From Leptolyngbyaceae cyanobacterium (GTDB lineage: Bacteria > Cyanobacteriota > Cyanobacteriia > Phormidesmidales > Phormidesmidaceae), in assembly GCA_050331235.1 (NCBI GenBank), contig JBHJHA010000041.1, forward strand, positions 24,767-88,766: 64,000 nucleotides of DNA, written 5' to 3'. Position 1 is the first letter of the stretch. Each line of letters opens with the position of its first letter. Of this stretch, positions 49,917-61,658 are shown in pieces. Below the pieces are notes generated by a model. It searched no databases, was not told the origin of the DNA, and saw only the letters and a program-made list of their open reading frames with translations. Position numbers and translations under genes: made by a program.

Positions 49917-51959
49917 TTAGTCATCGCCATTCGCTGAAGAGCGACGGCGGCGACGGCGGCGAGTAGTCGAGGTGGACTCGCCACCTTCTTCTGACAATTC
50001 AGCCGCAGCATCTTCACTAACGGCTTCAGCAGTAGTTGCCGTCACATTGGGAACCGGCAAAGCCTGGTCTTCTGAAGTCGGTGATGAGCCATCAGCTGTG
50101 TCACTATCAGGACTCGGTACTGCTGCACCATTTGATGCGGGCTGATCTTTGACCTTAATCGGCATCGCTCTGTCAGGAGTCTCGGCATCGGCCGTAATTT
50201 TACTGGCTTCACCAGGTAAGACCACTCGGACGATGGTATTTCTAGTGTCTTTGACTTCCTGCGGACTGAGGACTAAAGGCGAAATCCCCATCATGGCGTA
50301 AACGCTCTGTTCCTCTGGAGTCATTTCAACAGTAATTTTCTCCGGAGGGGGAGGCGATTTGCGATCGCTACGACCATTGCGGCCTCGACTAGAACGGCCG
50401 CCGCTAGGTTCCGGCGACGATTTGGCCGTCTCGGGTGGGGCAACATCAGTGACCGGCGTTTCAGTCGGTGCACTCTTAGGCGTTTCAACATTGCGGCCAT
50501 TGCTACGGCCTGAAGGGGAAGACTCACGCCGCCGGCGGCGGCGATTACCACGATTGCTCTTCGGCTCCTGATAATTAGGATGATTGAGCAAATCAAGCTC
50601 TTGCAAGTCTGAATGAGGTTCTAGGTCTTCATTCACAGCTTCTTTCAATGAAGGGTGAGAGCGACTACTGTTGCCGGTGTCGCGCCCACCATCCATCACT
50701 GAAGTGTCGACAGTGGTTGGGTGCTCGCCTGGCAAATGAACGACATGCCCCAATCCGCTACAGGTCGGACAAGGACGACCAAACAACTCATATAAGTTTT
50801 GGCCCTGACGTTTGCGTGTCAGCTCTACCAATCCCAACTCTGATAGCTGTGAAATCTGTGGGCGAGATTTGTCAGCTCGGAGAGCCCGGTTGAAGGTTTC
50901 TAGCACCTGAAGCTGATCGCGTCGCGAGTCCATGTCGATGAAATCGACAATGATGACACCTGCGACGTTCCGTAATCGGAGCTGGCGGGCAATTTCTTCC
51001 GCAGCTTCGCAGTTAGTCCATAAAACGGTTTCTCTAGCGGTCGCTGAGCGCGTAAAGGAACCAGAGTTGACGTCAATGACGATGAGCGCCTCTGTGGGCT
51101 CAATGATGATATACCCTCCCGAGGGCAGATCAACCCGCGGCTGAATAGCTTCGCGAATGGCTGCATTCACCCGGAAAAACTCCAACAGGGGGACGCGATC
51201 GCGATGGTGATCAATGAGCACTCCCGGCGGAATTTTACCGGCGTTCCAGTTCATGAGGTGCTGCTTGACGCGTTTGAGGCCCGTGTGTGAATCCGTCACA
51301 ATCCGGTTGACATCGCCACTGTACACATCACGCAAGACCCGCTGAATAAAGTCATCATCACGGTTGAGCAACTCCGGAGGACGACGAGTCACCGCCTCCT
51401 GCTGAATAGTCTCCCATTGCTTTTGGAGGGACTCCAAATCCTCAATAATCGCCTCCTCGGGAACGTCCTCAGCCTCTGTTCTGACCAACAACCCCATGCC
51501 CGCCGGCTTCAGCAAAATAGCGAGGGCCCGCAGACGATTTCTCTCCTGTTCATTTTGAATCCGGCGGGAGAGATTGACCCCTTTGCCGTAGGGCATTAAT
51601 ACTAGATACCGACCTGGCAAGGTCACATTTCCCGTCAACCGGGGACCCTTATTACCTGTCGGTTCCTTCATGATTTGCACCAACACTTTCTGTTGAGGTG
51701 CTACCAACTCCGTGATCGAACCAGCCGCCCGCTTGAGCCGTAAAGGTCCCAAGTCGGTAACGTGCATAAAGCCGTTACGCTCACTGTCCCCAATATTTAC
51801 AAAGGCAGCATCAATGCCGGGCAAGACGTTTTCAACCGTCCCGATATAAATATCGCCTACCTGATGGGTGCCTGTGGCAACAATCAACTCTTGTATCTGG
51901 TCTCCTTGAAAAACAGCCGCAATGCGATGCTGTTCAGCAATAACGATTTGCTTGGGCAT
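49917..51959 (-). CDS. rne: Ribonuclease E
   Basis: DAAFVNIG, IDVNSG, DFIDM, CPTCSG and C-terminal RRRRRRSSA. Confidence 0.97.
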   Translation of the reverse strand: MPKQIVIAEQHRIAAVFQGDQIQELIVATGTHQVGDIYIGTVENVLPGIDAAFVNIGDSERNGFMHVTDLGPLRLKRAAGSITELVAPQQKVLVQIMKEPTGNKGPRLTGNVTLPGRYLVLMPYGKGVNLSRRIQNEQERNRLRALAILLKPAGMGLLVRTEAEDVPEEAIIEDLESLQKQWETIQQEAVTRRPPELLNRDDDFIQRVLRDVYSGDVNRIVTDSHTGLKRVKQHLMNWNAGKIPPGVLIDHHRDRVPLLEFFRVNAAIREAIQPRVDLPSGGYIIIEPTEALIVIDVNSGSFTRSATARETVLWTNCEAAEEIARQLRLRNVAGVIIVDFIDMDSRRDQLQVLETFNRALRADKSRPQISQLSELGLVELTRKRQGQNLYELFGRPCPTCSGLGHVVHLPGEHPTTVDTSVMDGGRDTGNSSRSHPSLKEAVNEDLEPHSDLQELDLLNHPNYQEPKSNRGNRRRRRRESSPSGRSNGRNVETPKSAPTETPVTDVAPPETAKSSPEPSGGRSSRGRNGRSDRKSPPPPEKITVEMTPEEQSVYAMMGISPLVLSPQEVKDTRNTIVRVVLPGEASKITADAETPDRAMPIKVKDQPASNGAAVPSPDSDTADGSSPTSEDQALPVPNVTATTAEAVSEDAAAELSEEGGESTSTTRRRRRRRSSANGDD

Positions 51960-52408
51960 TCAGTATCCTCAAAACTCGTAGGGATTCTGCTCCGCTTTTC
52001 AACGCCGCAGGAGAGAATCAAATAGTAATTCTGTCGTCAGAAACAATATCTTCTGTCTTCGACAAAGTGGCGACGCGCTTAAACAGAAAAAAGGTGCCAT
52101 AGAACATTCATCTAGAATGCTCAAATGACCTCGGAGAATCGTTCAAGCCACTTTTTCGGCTTACCAAAATTTTTTGTCGAATCAACAAAATTCTGACAGA
52201 AGCCTTTGGTAAGGTGCCGATGTCCACCACTATCCGCTTAGCAACGCTCAAGCCCGACATTGGGACTGCTTCTGTTGGGAGCATTATAGCGCTCAGCTGT
52301 CAGAATTGATCATGCTTCAACAAAAACATCCGCCCAACCACCTTTTTTGAAACAGTTGAGCGGATATTAAGTTTTGCTTCGACTCTCAATCAGCCCAAGA
52401 CTGATTGC

Positions 52409-54133
52409 CTATCTGGCCGTTAATGCCGGTAAAGGTGAGCCTTGCTCAGGCGTCTCAACCCAATTCAGTAGCAGTACAACTACTGGGTAGCGCTTAGGCA
52501 ACTCTTTGCGCATTAACCGTCGGAGTTCTGTCTCGATCACCGGTTGCACCCCATCTTGTTCAATGCCCTTTTGGGTAGAACGCTCTCGCAGTACTCGACT
52601 AATGACATCCGAGACTTTACCTTTGAATCGCTCGAGATTGAGGGACTGAGAAATACCGCGAATATCAACATTGGGCGAGGTGACGAGCTTACCCCGGGTG
52701 TTAACAATCGCTGAGACAGTGATGATGCCATCTTCGGCCAGCTGTTGGCGATCTCGTAGAGTTTCCCGATCCACAACCCCTTGTCGCGAAGAATCCACTA
52801 ACTCAATGCCAGAAGGCACTTTGCCGACAATATCAATGCTGTCTTGGGTGAGCTGAACAATGTCACCATTATCAATGATGACCATATTCTCAGCTGGAAT
52901 GCCCATACTTTGAGCAGTTTCGGAATGCTTAACCAGCATCCGGTGCTCGCCGTGTACCGGCATAAAAAATTTAGGCCGGATTAAAGATAGCATCAGCTTT
53001 TGGTCCTCTTGGGCTCCATGGCCAGACACATGAATACCCTGATGCTTGCCGTAAACCACCTTGGCCCCTTTCTTCATCAACTTGTCGATGTTGATGACCA
53101 CTGAAATGGTGTTACCAGGAATTGGATTGGCAGAAAGCACGACGGTATCGCCTTCGCGAACTTTGATGTCGCGGTGCGAGCCATTGGCGATGCGAGTGAG
53201 CGCCGCCAATGGCTCTCCCTGGGAACCAGTAGTGAGAATCATCACATCTCGATCCGAGTATTGATTGAGATTGCGCAAAGGCTGAAAGCGATCTTCTTCG
53301 CATTTGATATAACCCAGTTCACGAGCATGGGCAATCACATTCAACATCGAGCGCCCCAAGACAAACACCATCCGGTGATGCTTTTTGGCCAGCTCAAGAA
53401 TCATATTGACGCGGTGCACCGATGAGGAGAACGTCGTCACAATCAACCGCCCATCAGCTTGGGAAAAGACCCGATCAAGATTAGGAAACACGGAACGCTC
53501 CGAAGGCGTATACCCTGGAACCTCTGCATTAGTAGAGTCGCTAATCAAGCAAAGGACGCCCTTCTCGCCGTATTCGGCTAGTCTTTGGACGTCAAAAAAT
53601 TCACCGTCAACGGGAGTGTGGTCAAATTTAAAGTCCCCCGTGTGGATCACAACGCCTAAGGGAGTATGAATTGCTACGCTGCAGCTATCAGCAATGGAGT
53701 GAGTATTGCTGATATATTCCACCACAAAGGAATTGCCCAAGCGCACCATATCCCGAGGTCGAACGGGTCGGAGTTCAGTTCGATCGCTCACGCCGGCCTC
53801 CTCCAACTTGCCCTCCAATAGTGCCATAGCCAAGCGGGGGCCATAAATCACTGGAATATCAAATTGCTTCAGATGGTAAGCAATGCCACCGATATGATCC
53901 TCGTGGCCGTGGGTGACGATCATTCCTTTGATTTTGTGGCGATTTTCTCGCAGATAGGTAACATCCGGCAGAACAATATTGACGCCGTGCATCCCATCAG
54001 TCGGAAAAGCTAAGCCCGCATCGAGCAAGATGATTTCATCATTGATTTCAAACACACAGGTGTTTTTGCCAATTTCATGTAAACCACCCAGGGGAATGAT
54101 CTTGAGCTTAGCATCAGAGTTTTGTTTGTTCAT
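52409..54133 (-). CDS. rnj: Ribonuclease J
   Basis: PLGGLHEIGKN, HGHEDH, HVSGH and PVHGE. Confidence 0.97.
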   Translation of the reverse strand: MNKQNSDAKLKIIPLGGLHEIGKNTCVFEINDEIILLDAGLAFPTDGMHGVNIVLPDVTYLRENRHKIKGMIVTHGHEDHIGGIAYHLKQFDIPVIYGPRLAMALLEGKLEEAGVSDRTELRPVRPRDMVRLGNSFVVEYISNTHSIADSCSVAIHTPLGVVIHTGDFKFDHTPVDGEFFDVQRLAEYGEKGVLCLISDSTNAEVPGYTPSERSVFPNLDRVFSQADGRLIVTTFSSSVHRVNMILELAKKHHRMVFVLGRSMLNVIAHARELGYIKCEEDRFQPLRNLNQYSDRDVMILTTGSQGEPLAALTRIANGSHRDIKVREGDTVVLSANPIPGNTISVVINIDKLMKKGAKVVYGKHQGIHVSGHGAQEDQKLMLSLIRPKFFMPVHGEHRMLVKHSETAQSMGIPAENMVIIDNGDIVQLTQDSIDIVGKVPSGIELVDSSRQGVVDRETLRDRQQLAEDGIITVSAIVNTRGKLVTSPNVDIRGISQSLNLERFKGKVSDVISRVLRERSTQKGIEQDGVQPVIETELRRLMRKELPKRYPVVVLLLNWVETPEQGSPLPALTAR

Positions 54134-54466
54134 ATAGGTCGATTTTGCAATTGGTTGCCAAAACTGGCTGGACAAAGAAAGCAGAAGGGGCAGTTAACGA
54201 ATGAGGGATACACCATCACGACATCAAGGCGAGGGCTAGGCCATAGTGAAGCGGCAAAAGTCGCTCAGCACCAAGTCAACGACACTGCTACCGATGGAAT
54301 AGAGACGTTGCTACCACAGGGGAAAAGTTGATCACTAAAAAGCGGACAACAAATAGAGAAATTGGACACATACTCAGCAAAACTAGCGTGGATATATAGG
54401 ACAAGAAGCGATTGATATTCAGTTATTTCAAGCTTTTGAAGCAGCCGATAGATACCCGCAAGCTAC

Positions 54467-55345
54467 TTAAGACAAAGACGATAAAATATCCTGGAGGTTT
54501 TGCTTGACCTCATCACTCGCATCCATCAGCGGCGAGCGTAAAGAACCCATCTTCCAACCCTTGATAGACAAGGCTGCTTTAACCGGAATCGGGTTAGTTT
54601 CTGTAAATAGAGCTTTAAACAAAGGGAACAAAGATAAATGGGTAGCTAATGCCTTTTGAATGTTGCCCGCCTCAAAGGACTGAATCATACTTTGAATCTG
54701 GTTACCAACCACGTGGCTAGCGACACTCACCACGCCAGCCCCTCCAACTGAAAGAATGGGTAAGGTCAAAGAGTCGTCGCCAGAGTAGATCGAAAACTCA
54801 GGTGAGGTCACAGAACGCAGTTGACTGGCATAGTCAAGGTTGCCGCTTGCTTCTTTAATTGCAACTACGTTAGAGAGTTGAGATAAACGAATGGCCGTAT
54901 CAATAGCCATTCCACAACCTGTCCTGCCAGGTATATTGTAGAGCATTATCGGCGAGTCGGGGCTGGACTGGGCGATCGCCTCAAAATGTCGATAAAGTCC
55001 GGTCTGGGTTGGTTTGTTGTAATAGGGCACCACCTGCAGAGTTCCATCCAGGTGCAAGGCTGCCGCCTTTCGAGTGGCTTCAATCGCCTCTTGGGTAGAG
55101 TTAGAACCGGTACCGGCGATCACCTTAGCGCGATCGCCCACGGCTGACTTCACGCATTTAAACAGCTGGAACTCTTCATCCCAAGATAGGGTTGGGGACT
55201 CGCCTGTCGTCCCACAGACGACTAGCCCATCGCTACCGTTCTCGACGAGGTAAGCTGCCAAAGCTTCTGCAGTAGAGTAATTGACGCGACCGTCTTCATC
55301 AAACGGAGTCACCATTGCTGTCAATACTCGGCCAAAATATCCCAC
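54467..55345 (-). CDS. dapA: 4-hydroxy-tetrahydrodipicolinate synthase
   Basis: [20 protein letters not shown] and NPIPVK. Confidence 0.97.
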   Translation of the reverse strand: MGYFGRVLTAMVTPFDEDGRVNYSTAEALAAYLVENGSDGLVVCGTTGESPTLSWDEEFQLFKCVKSAVGDRAKVIAGTGSNSTQEAIEATRKAAALHLDGTLQVVPYYNKPTQTGLYRHFEAIAQSSPDSPIMLYNIPGRTGCGMAIDTAIRLSQLSNVVAIKEASGNLDYASQLRSVTSPEFSIYSGDDSLTLPILSVGGAGVVSVASHVVGNQIQSMIQSFEAGNIQKALATHLSLFPLFKALFTETNPIPVKAALSIKGWKMGSLRSPLMDASDEVKQNLQDILSSLS

Positions 55346-55573
55346 TCGCTCAAAATCCTTTTGCGTTTATCATTCAGACTTAAATTACCTGGCTGGATTC
55401 ATCTGACATCTTTGGCTATGCCAGGTTTAACATAGCAACCTTGGGGCCACAAAGCCATAGCTACATGGCATAAGCCTGGATATGCTCATCGAGCAGTCAT
55501 ATTGAGCCCATTAGCCAAAGGCTAGAGAACATGACCCAGGTCCAGCCGGCGGCGATCGCCGTGACCACTTTAG

Positions 55574-56608
55574 CTACGACACAGCAGCAGCTTTCAGCCA
55601 TCGTTTTTTCACCAGCAGCTCGGCAATTTGGACAGCATTCAGCGCCGCTCCCTTGCGAATCTGGTCGCCACAAAGCCAGAGCTCTAGACCATTTGGGTGA
55701 GAGAGATCTTGACGAATACGCCCGACTAAAACGTCGTCTTGGCCACTGGCGTCTTGGGGCATCGGAAAGTAATTCACTTGCCAATCTTCTACTACAGCAA
55801 CGCCGGCAGCTTGGCGCAAAGCAGCCCGGGCTTGCTCTGGCGAGAAGGGAGTGGCAAATTCCATGTTAATCGCTTCTGAATGAGCCCGTAAAACCGGTAC
55901 GCGGATACAAGTCGCTGTAATACGCAGCTCAGGCTCGTCAAAAATCTTCCGAGTCTCATTCAGCATTTTCATTTCCTCCTGACAATAACCGACTTCATTT
56001 AGCGGTGAGTTGTGAGGAAACAGATTAAACGCCAAAGGATATGGGAACGACTGAGTGGGGGGTTGCTCGCCCGACAAGATTGCGTGGGCCTGCTGCTTGA
56101 CTTCTTCCATCGCCTGGGCCCCAGCACCACTAGCCGATTGGTAAGTAGCGACCACAATCCGCTGAATTGGCTGAATTTGATGTAAAGGCCACAGCGCCAC
56201 GGTCATCAAGATAGTCGTGCAGTTAGGATTGGCAATTACCCCACTATGCCCAGCTGCTGCCTGCGGGTTAACCTCAGGGACAACAAGGTGCGCTTGAGGA
56301 TCCATGCGAAAGGCACTGGAATTATCAATCATTACTGCCCCAGCAGCCGTAATTTTGTCAGCCCATTCGCGCGAAACGCTGGCGCCAGCAGAGGCCAAGA
56401 CGATATCTACACCCTCAAAAACATCGTCGCTGAGGGGCTGGACTGCAATCTCTCGACCTTTGAAAGGCAGTTTCTTACCTGCGGAGCGAGGGGATGCCAG
56501 CAGCTTTAGATCCGCAATCGGGAATTGTCGTTCTGACAGCAGAGTGAGCAGCTCTGTTCCCACTGCTCCAGTTGCTCCCATAATTGCGACGCGGTATCCC
56601 TCAGACAC
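55574..56608 (-). CDS. asd: Aspartate-semialdehyde dehydrogenase
   Basis: GATGAVG, ANPNCTT, YQSASGAG and RKGAALN. Confidence 0.97.
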   Translation of the reverse strand: MSEGYRVAIMGATGAVGTELLTLLSERQFPIADLKLLASPRSAGKKLPFKGREIAVQPLSDDVFEGVDIVLASAGASVSREWADKITAAGAVMIDNSSAFRMDPQAHLVVPEVNPQAAAGHSGVIANPNCTTILMTVALWPLHQIQPIQRIVVATYQSASGAGAQAMEEVKQQAHAILSGEQPPTQSFPYPLAFNLFPHNSPLNEVGYCQEEMKMLNETRKIFDEPELRITATCIRVPVLRAHSEAINMEFATPFSPEQARAALRQAAGVAVVEDWQVNYFPMPQDASGQDDVLVGRIRQDLSHPNGLELWLCGDQIRKGAALNAVQIAELLVKKRWLKAAAVS

Positions 56609-56910
56609 GATTGCTCTCCCTTCTTTGTCTACTACGTTTGGGGTCTAATCCCCTGTCCCCATCTATTCAGATCACCTGTGCTCATGCGGACAAATGGTGA
56701 GCGAGGTTAGTCGCTTCATGATCCCACGATGCGTGGTTAGAAAATCCTTAAAGATGCCTTTGTGATCCTTAAGGCGATGATGTTCCATGAATGGAGTATG
56801 ATAGCTAACTGCGCTAAATTCTAACAGCCCTATCCTAAATACCCTTCCTTATTGAATAGAAGGTTTCACGGATTTTATTGATGATATTGCACAGGAAGTA
56901 GGACTCTTTC

Positions 56911-58356
56911 ATGAAAGTTACTCAAGAACAGTTGCCCGACAGCCAAGTAGGGCTTCAGATTGAAATTCCCGCCGAGGTTTCTAAACAGACCTACGAAAAA
57001 GTCCTACAAAAGTTAATCAAGACGGTTCGTATTCCTGGGTTTCGGCCAGGCAAGGTGCCTCGTCAAGTCTTTTTGCAGCGATTTGGCACAGCTCAGATCA
57101 AGGCGGCGGCACTTGAAGAACTGGTGCAAACAGCCGTTGAGCAAGCCATTAAGGACGAATCAATTGAGGCGATCGGCAACTATCAGCTAACGTCTGAATT
57201 TGAAGAGTTGATTCAGGCATACACGCCTGGTGAGGTGCTCACTTTTCAGGCATCCGTGGATGTGCCGCCACGGGTCACGCTGGAAAAATATACGGGACTC
57301 GAGGTCCAAGCCGAGGAAATCAAATACGACGACGCCAAGGTTGATGAAGTTTTAGAGCAATACCGTCTCAATTTAGCAACCTTGGTGCCCATTGAGGAGC
57401 GAGCGGCGCAGATGGGTGACGTCGCAGTCATTGACTTTGAGGGCAAGATTCAGCAGGAAGATGGCACCTACGAATTGTTTGAAGGGGGCAGTGCGGAAGA
57501 TTTTCAGGTGGAAATGAAAGAGGGTGGCTTCATTGACGGCTTTGTTGAGGGCATCGTAGGCATGTCTTTAGATGAAGACAAAGAGCTGCCCCTGACGTTT
57601 CCCAAGGATTACCCCCAGGAGACCTTGGCAGGCAAGCCCGTATTATTCGCGGTCAAGCTCAAAGAGCTGAAGGAAAAAGAGCTACCTGAACTAGATGATG
57701 ATTTTGCGGAGGAGGTCAGTGAGTTTGAGACTTTGGCTGACTTGCGAGCATCTTTAGAAGAGCGCTATCAGCAAGAAGCTGCAGCTCAAACTGAGAGCAA
57801 TCAGTTTGAGGCACTGTTAGAAGCGTTGCTGAAGCATTTAGATGCAGAAATTCCAGAAACACTAATTCGCCGAGAGGCTAATCACTTAGTACAGCAGGCG
57901 GCAGTGCAGCTGAGTCGCCAGGGCATTGACATCAACAAAATGTTAACGCCTGAACTGGTTGAGAATATGCGAGAGCGCTCTCGACCGGACGCAATCGATC
58001 GGCTCAGACGCACCCTGGCGCTGGGCGAAGTCGCTAAGCAAGAATTCATCACGGTTGAAGACGACGCTGTCACAACCCGAATGGATGAAATGATGGAAGA
58101 AGTCAGTAATCCCGAAGCTGTAGACCGCGATCGCTTGCAAGAAGTGGTCAATGAAGAGCTGCTGCAGGAGAAGATTCTAAAATGGCTCTTGGCAAACAAC
58201 ACCGTTGAGCTAGTGCCTGAAGGCTCCCTATCAGTAGCTGTTGAGGGTGACGGCGTAGACGCGACAGATAGCCGCGAGGACGACGCCAATGCAGCGACGG
58301 CCACCGTAGATATTGAGGCGACGGCCACCGACGATACTTCCACTGAGGAAGAGTAA
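56911..58356 (+). CDS. tig: Trigger factor
   Basis: IPGFRPGKVP and an FKBP-like domain. Confidence 0.97.
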   Translation: MKVTQEQLPDSQVGLQIEIPAEVSKQTYEKVLQKLIKTVRIPGFRPGKVPRQVFLQRFGTAQIKAAALEELVQTAVEQAIKDESIEAIGNYQLTSEFEELIQAYTPGEVLTFQASVDVPPRVTLEKYTGLEVQAEEIKYDDAKVDEVLEQYRLNLATLVPIEERAAQMGDVAVIDFEGKIQQEDGTYELFEGGSAEDFQVEMKEGGFIDGFVEGIVGMSLDEDKELPLTFPKDYPQETLAGKPVLFAVKLKELKEKELPELDDDFAEEVSEFETLADLRASLEERYQQEAAAQTESNQFEALLEALLKHLDAEIPETLIRREANHLVQQAAVQLSRQGIDINKMLTPELVENMRERSRPDAIDRLRRTLALGEVAKQEFITVEDDAVTTRMDEMMEEVSNPEAVDRDRLQEVVNEELLQEKILKWLLANNTVELVPEGSLSVAVEGDGVDATDSREDDANAATATVDIEATATDDTSTEEE

Positions 58357-58371
58357 CCGCACAGTAAATCT

Positions 58372-58423
58372 CAATAAAGAGGCATTGGGCAAGTTAAAAA
58401 TTGGGTTCAGTGCCTCTTTATTG
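58372..58423 (+). terminator. Hairpin after tig
   Basis: 13-bp stem CAATAAAGAGGCA / TGCCTCTTTATTG. Confidence 0.6.
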
Positions 58424-58654
58424 TTGTAAATGGTTAAGTTGGCCAGCCGCCGCGTCAAGCAAAGAATCGTTAAGGGAATTGAATACGAGATCGCAAAAGT
58501 TGGTCTAAACTTTGGACCAATCCTATGATTGTTATAGCTCAGGTTGCCGAGGTCCTCTTGCCTTGTCAGTGGTCATTCACGCTGGCTAACAGGTCGTTAA
58601 GGCATAATAATTTCAGAGTTCAGAAAATTCTGAAGTTCTGCCTATTGGGGCACT

Positions 58655-58705
58655 ATGGTAAGCAAGCAGGCAGCAACTGTAAACTGCTGCCTGCTTGCTT
58701 ACCAT
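58655..58705. repeat. Perfect 21-bp inverted repeat upstream of clpP
   Basis: ATGGTAAGCAAGCAGGCAGCA-N9-TGCTGCCTGCTTGCTTACCAT. Confidence 0.9.
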
Positions 58706-58735
58706 TGATGTAGACAAAGAAAATCGGTTGATATA

Positions 58736-59413
58736 GTGTTGCAATCTCAAAAGAATCACCCCCTATCTAGTTATAGCCCCTTGCACCAGGGCGTACAGAG
58801 CATCCTGCCCATGGTGGTTGAGCAGTCCGGACGGGGTGAAAGAGCCTTCGATATTTACTCGCGCCTGCTGCGTGAGCGCATCGTTTTTTTAGGGACTCCT
58901 GTCGATGACAAGATTGCCGATGCGATCGTAGCCCAGCTTCTATTCCTAGATGCTGAAGATCCTGAAAAAGATGTACAAATCTACATCAACTCTCCAGGGG
59001 GCTCGGTGACCGCGGGTATGGCAATTTATGACACTATGCAGCAGATCCGTCCTGATGTTGTTACCATTTGCTTCGGTTTGGCTGCTAGTATGGGCGCGTT
59101 CCTTTTATGTGGAGGGGCACCCGGCAAGCGACTGTCTTTACCCAGTGCGCGAATCATGATTCACCAACCCTTAGGCGGGGCTCAGGGACAAGCTGTTGAT
59201 ATCGAGATCCAGGCTAAGGAGATTCTTTATCACAAGCAGCGGCTGAATGAGTTGATTGCCCACCACAGTGGTCAACCGCTAGAGCGCATCGAAGCGGATA
59301 CCGAACGGGACTTTTATATGTCTGCCAAAGAAGCCAAGGATTATGGCTTGATTGATCAGGTCATTGCTCAAGACACGCTAATCACTACTGCCGCAGATGC
59401 TGCATCGCAATAG
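58736..59413 (+). CDS. clpP: ATP-dependent Clp protease proteolytic subunit
   Basis: DIYSRLL, YINSPGG, AASMG and MIHQP. Confidence 0.97.
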   Translation: MLQSQKNHPLSSYSPLHQGVQSILPMVVEQSGRGERAFDIYSRLLRERIVFLGTPVDDKIADAIVAQLLFLDAEDPEKDVQIYINSPGGSVTAGMAIYDTMQQIRPDVVTICFGLAASMGAFLLCGGAPGKRLSLPSARIMIHQPLGGAQGQAVDIEIQAKEILYHKQRLNELIAHHSGQPLERIEADTERDFYMSAKEAKDYGLIDQVIAQDTLITTAADAASQ

Positions 59414-59422
59414 GAGTACACC

Positions 59423-60757
59423 ATGTCCAAGTACGACTCCCATCTCAAATGTTCCTTTTGTGGTAAGTCACAGGAGCAGGTTCGCAAGCTAATTGCAGGG
59501 CCTGGTGTTTACATTTGCGATGAATGTGTTGACTTGTGTAATGAAATTTTGGACGAGGAACTGTTTGACTCAGGGGCTACGGTCCCCCAATCAGTACCTC
59601 GACGCGAGCAATCCCCTGAGCGTAGACGGGCACCTTCTCCAATTTCTTTTAACCAAGTTCCAAAACCCCGAGAAATTAAGAGCTTTTTGGACGAGCATGT
59701 AATCGGCCAAGATGAGGCTAAAAAGGTCCTGTCGGTAGCGGTGTACAACCATTACAAGCGTCTGAGCCATTTACAAAGCCAGAGCGATGAGGCCGAAGAC
59801 AATATCGAAATTCAAAAGGCCAATATTTTGCTGATTGGCCCTACTGGGTCTGGGAAAACGCTGCTAGCCCAAACTTTGGCCCGCGTATTAGATGTTCCCT
59901 TTGCCGTGGCTGATGCCACAACATTGACCGAAGCCGGCTACGTCGGTGAAGATGTCGAAAACATCTTACTACGGCTGCTTCAAGTAGCCGATTTAGATGT
60001 CGAAGAAGCCCAGCGAGGCATCATCTACATCGACGAAATCGATAAGATTGCTCGTAAAAGTGAGAATCCCTCGATTACCCGGGATGTATCAGGTGAGGGA
60101 GTACAGCAGGCACTGTTGAAAATGCTAGAGGGTACAGTCGCCAATGTTCCGCCTCAGGGAGGGCGTAAGCATCCTTATCAAGATTGTATCCAGATTGATA
60201 CCAGCAACATCCTGTTCATCTGTGGGGGGGCGTTTGTCGGCTTAGAAAAGATGGTTGAGCAGCGTGTCGGCAAGAAGTCGATGGGCTTTATCCAACCAGG
60301 GGATACGCAAGCGTCTCGAGAAAAACGAACCGCTGATATCTTGAAGCAGCTTGAGCCTCAAGACTTGGTGAAGTATGGCCTGATTCCCGAGTTCATCGGC
60401 CGCATTCCCGCTATTACGGTCGTTGATCCCCTTGATGAAGAAATGCTCGTGGCGATCATGACCGAGCCTAAGAACGCCCTAATCAAGCAGTTTCAAAAGC
60501 TCATGGGCATGGACAACGTGCAGCTTGAGTTTAAGCCGGATGCCATTCGAGCGATCGCCCGGGAAGCCTATCGTCGTAAAACTGGAGCTCGGGCCCTCCG
60601 GGGCATTGTTGAGGAGTTGATGCTCGATGTGATGTATGAGCTACCCTCGCGGAAGGATCTGAAGCGGTGTCTAATCACTCGAGAAATGGTAGAGCAGCGT
60701 TCGACAGCGGAGCTCCTTATGCATCCATCTTCTTTACCGAAGCCCGAGTCAGCCTAA
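59423..60757 (+). CDS. clpX: Clp protease ATP-binding subunit ClpX
   Basis: CSFCGK zinc finger, [13 protein letters not shown] and GARALR. Confidence 0.98.
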   Translation: MSKYDSHLKCSFCGKSQEQVRKLIAGPGVYICDECVDLCNEILDEELFDSGATVPQSVPRREQSPERRRAPSPISFNQVPKPREIKSFLDEHVIGQDEAKKVLSVAVYNHYKRLSHLQSQSDEAEDNIEIQKANILLIGPTGSGKTLLAQTLARVLDVPFAVADATTLTEAGYVGEDVENILLRLLQVADLDVEEAQRGIIYIDEIDKIARKSENPSITRDVSGEGVQQALLKMLEGTVANVPPQGGRKHPYQDCIQIDTSNILFICGGAFVGLEKMVEQRVGKKSMGFIQPGDTQASREKRTADILKQLEPQDLVKYGLIPEFIGRIPAITVVDPLDEEMLVAIMTEPKNALIKQFQKLMGMDNVQLEFKPDAIRAIAREAYRRKTGARALRGIVEELMLDVMYELPSRKDLKRCLITREMVEQRSTAELLMHPSSLPKPESA

Positions 60758-60767
60758 CTATTGATCT

Positions 60768-61637
60768 ATGGCATATATTTCGATTTTGGGGGTAGACCAC
60801 TACTACGAGTGGATTACTGACCGAGGAGCTCCGCCTCAGGGCGATAAGCCTGTCATGGTATTTATCCACGGTTGGGGGGGCTCTTGCCGCTACTGGCGCT
60901 CAACGGCAAGGGAGCTGGCTTCAGAGTTTGATTGCCTGCTCTACGATATGCGTGGCTTTGGACAATCTCACATTGATGACAGCAGCCGTGAGGCTGTGCT
61001 GGCGCGGGGCTATGAGCTCGATACCTTTGCCGATGATCTGGCAGCATTGCTTGATGCCTTGGAATTGGATACAGTCTGGCTGAACTCACACTCCACGGGA
61101 GCATCGGTCGCTGTTTTATTTCTCAACCAGTATGGCGATCGCGTTAAACAATGTGTACTTACCTGCAACGGCGTCTTTGAGTACGATCAGAAATCGTTCG
61201 AAGCCTTTTACAAATTCGGTGGCTATGTTGTCGGCTTTCGCCCCGCTTGGCTCAAACATCTTCCCTTAGCGCCCAGGTTTTTTATGGCTCGGTTTCTCAG
61301 TCGTTCAATTCCTGCTGAGGAAAAATATGCTTTTTTGGAGGACTATCTCGACGCTGATGGCGACGTCGCTTTGGGCACAATTTATACCGCTGTCAGCAAA
61401 CGAGCCACGGAGATCATGCCTGCCACCTTTGCGCAGTTGACAGTGCCGAGCCTATTGGTATCGGGAGAATATGACCAAATTACACCGGCCAAGCTCGGGC
61501 GGGCGGCGGCAGCCCTCAATCCTGAAATTGTTGAATACGTCGAAATCGAGAATACAGGACACTTCCCGATGTTGGAAGCGCCGGATCTTTATCTCACAGC
61601 TGTCCGAAATTTTCTCAAAACGCCCTCGCTTTGCTGA
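60768..61637 (+). CDS. Alpha/beta hydrolase
   Basis: HGWGG, YDMRGFG, SHSTG and GHFP. Confidence 0.9.
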   Translation: MAYISILGVDHYYEWITDRGAPPQGDKPVMVFIHGWGGSCRYWRSTARELASEFDCLLYDMRGFGQSHIDDSSREAVLARGYELDTFADDLAALLDALELDTVWLNSHSTGASVAVLFLNQYGDRVKQCVLTCNGVFEYDQKSFEAFYKFGGYVVGFRPAWLKHLPLAPRFFMARFLSRSIPAEEKYAFLEDYLDADGDVALGTIYTAVSKRATEIMPATFAQLTVPSLLVSGEYDQITPAKLGRAAAALNPEIVEYVEIENTGHFPMLEAPDLYLTAVRNFLKTPSLC

Positions 61638-61658
61638 CCTGGAGAACGCTTAGTACGC

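Noticed and set aside
55346..55573. Possible lysine riboswitch before dapA
   Set aside because: Short inverted repeats are present but no L-box consensus was recognised
57882..58343. 153-aa - strand ORF
   Set aside because: Antisense shadow of tig
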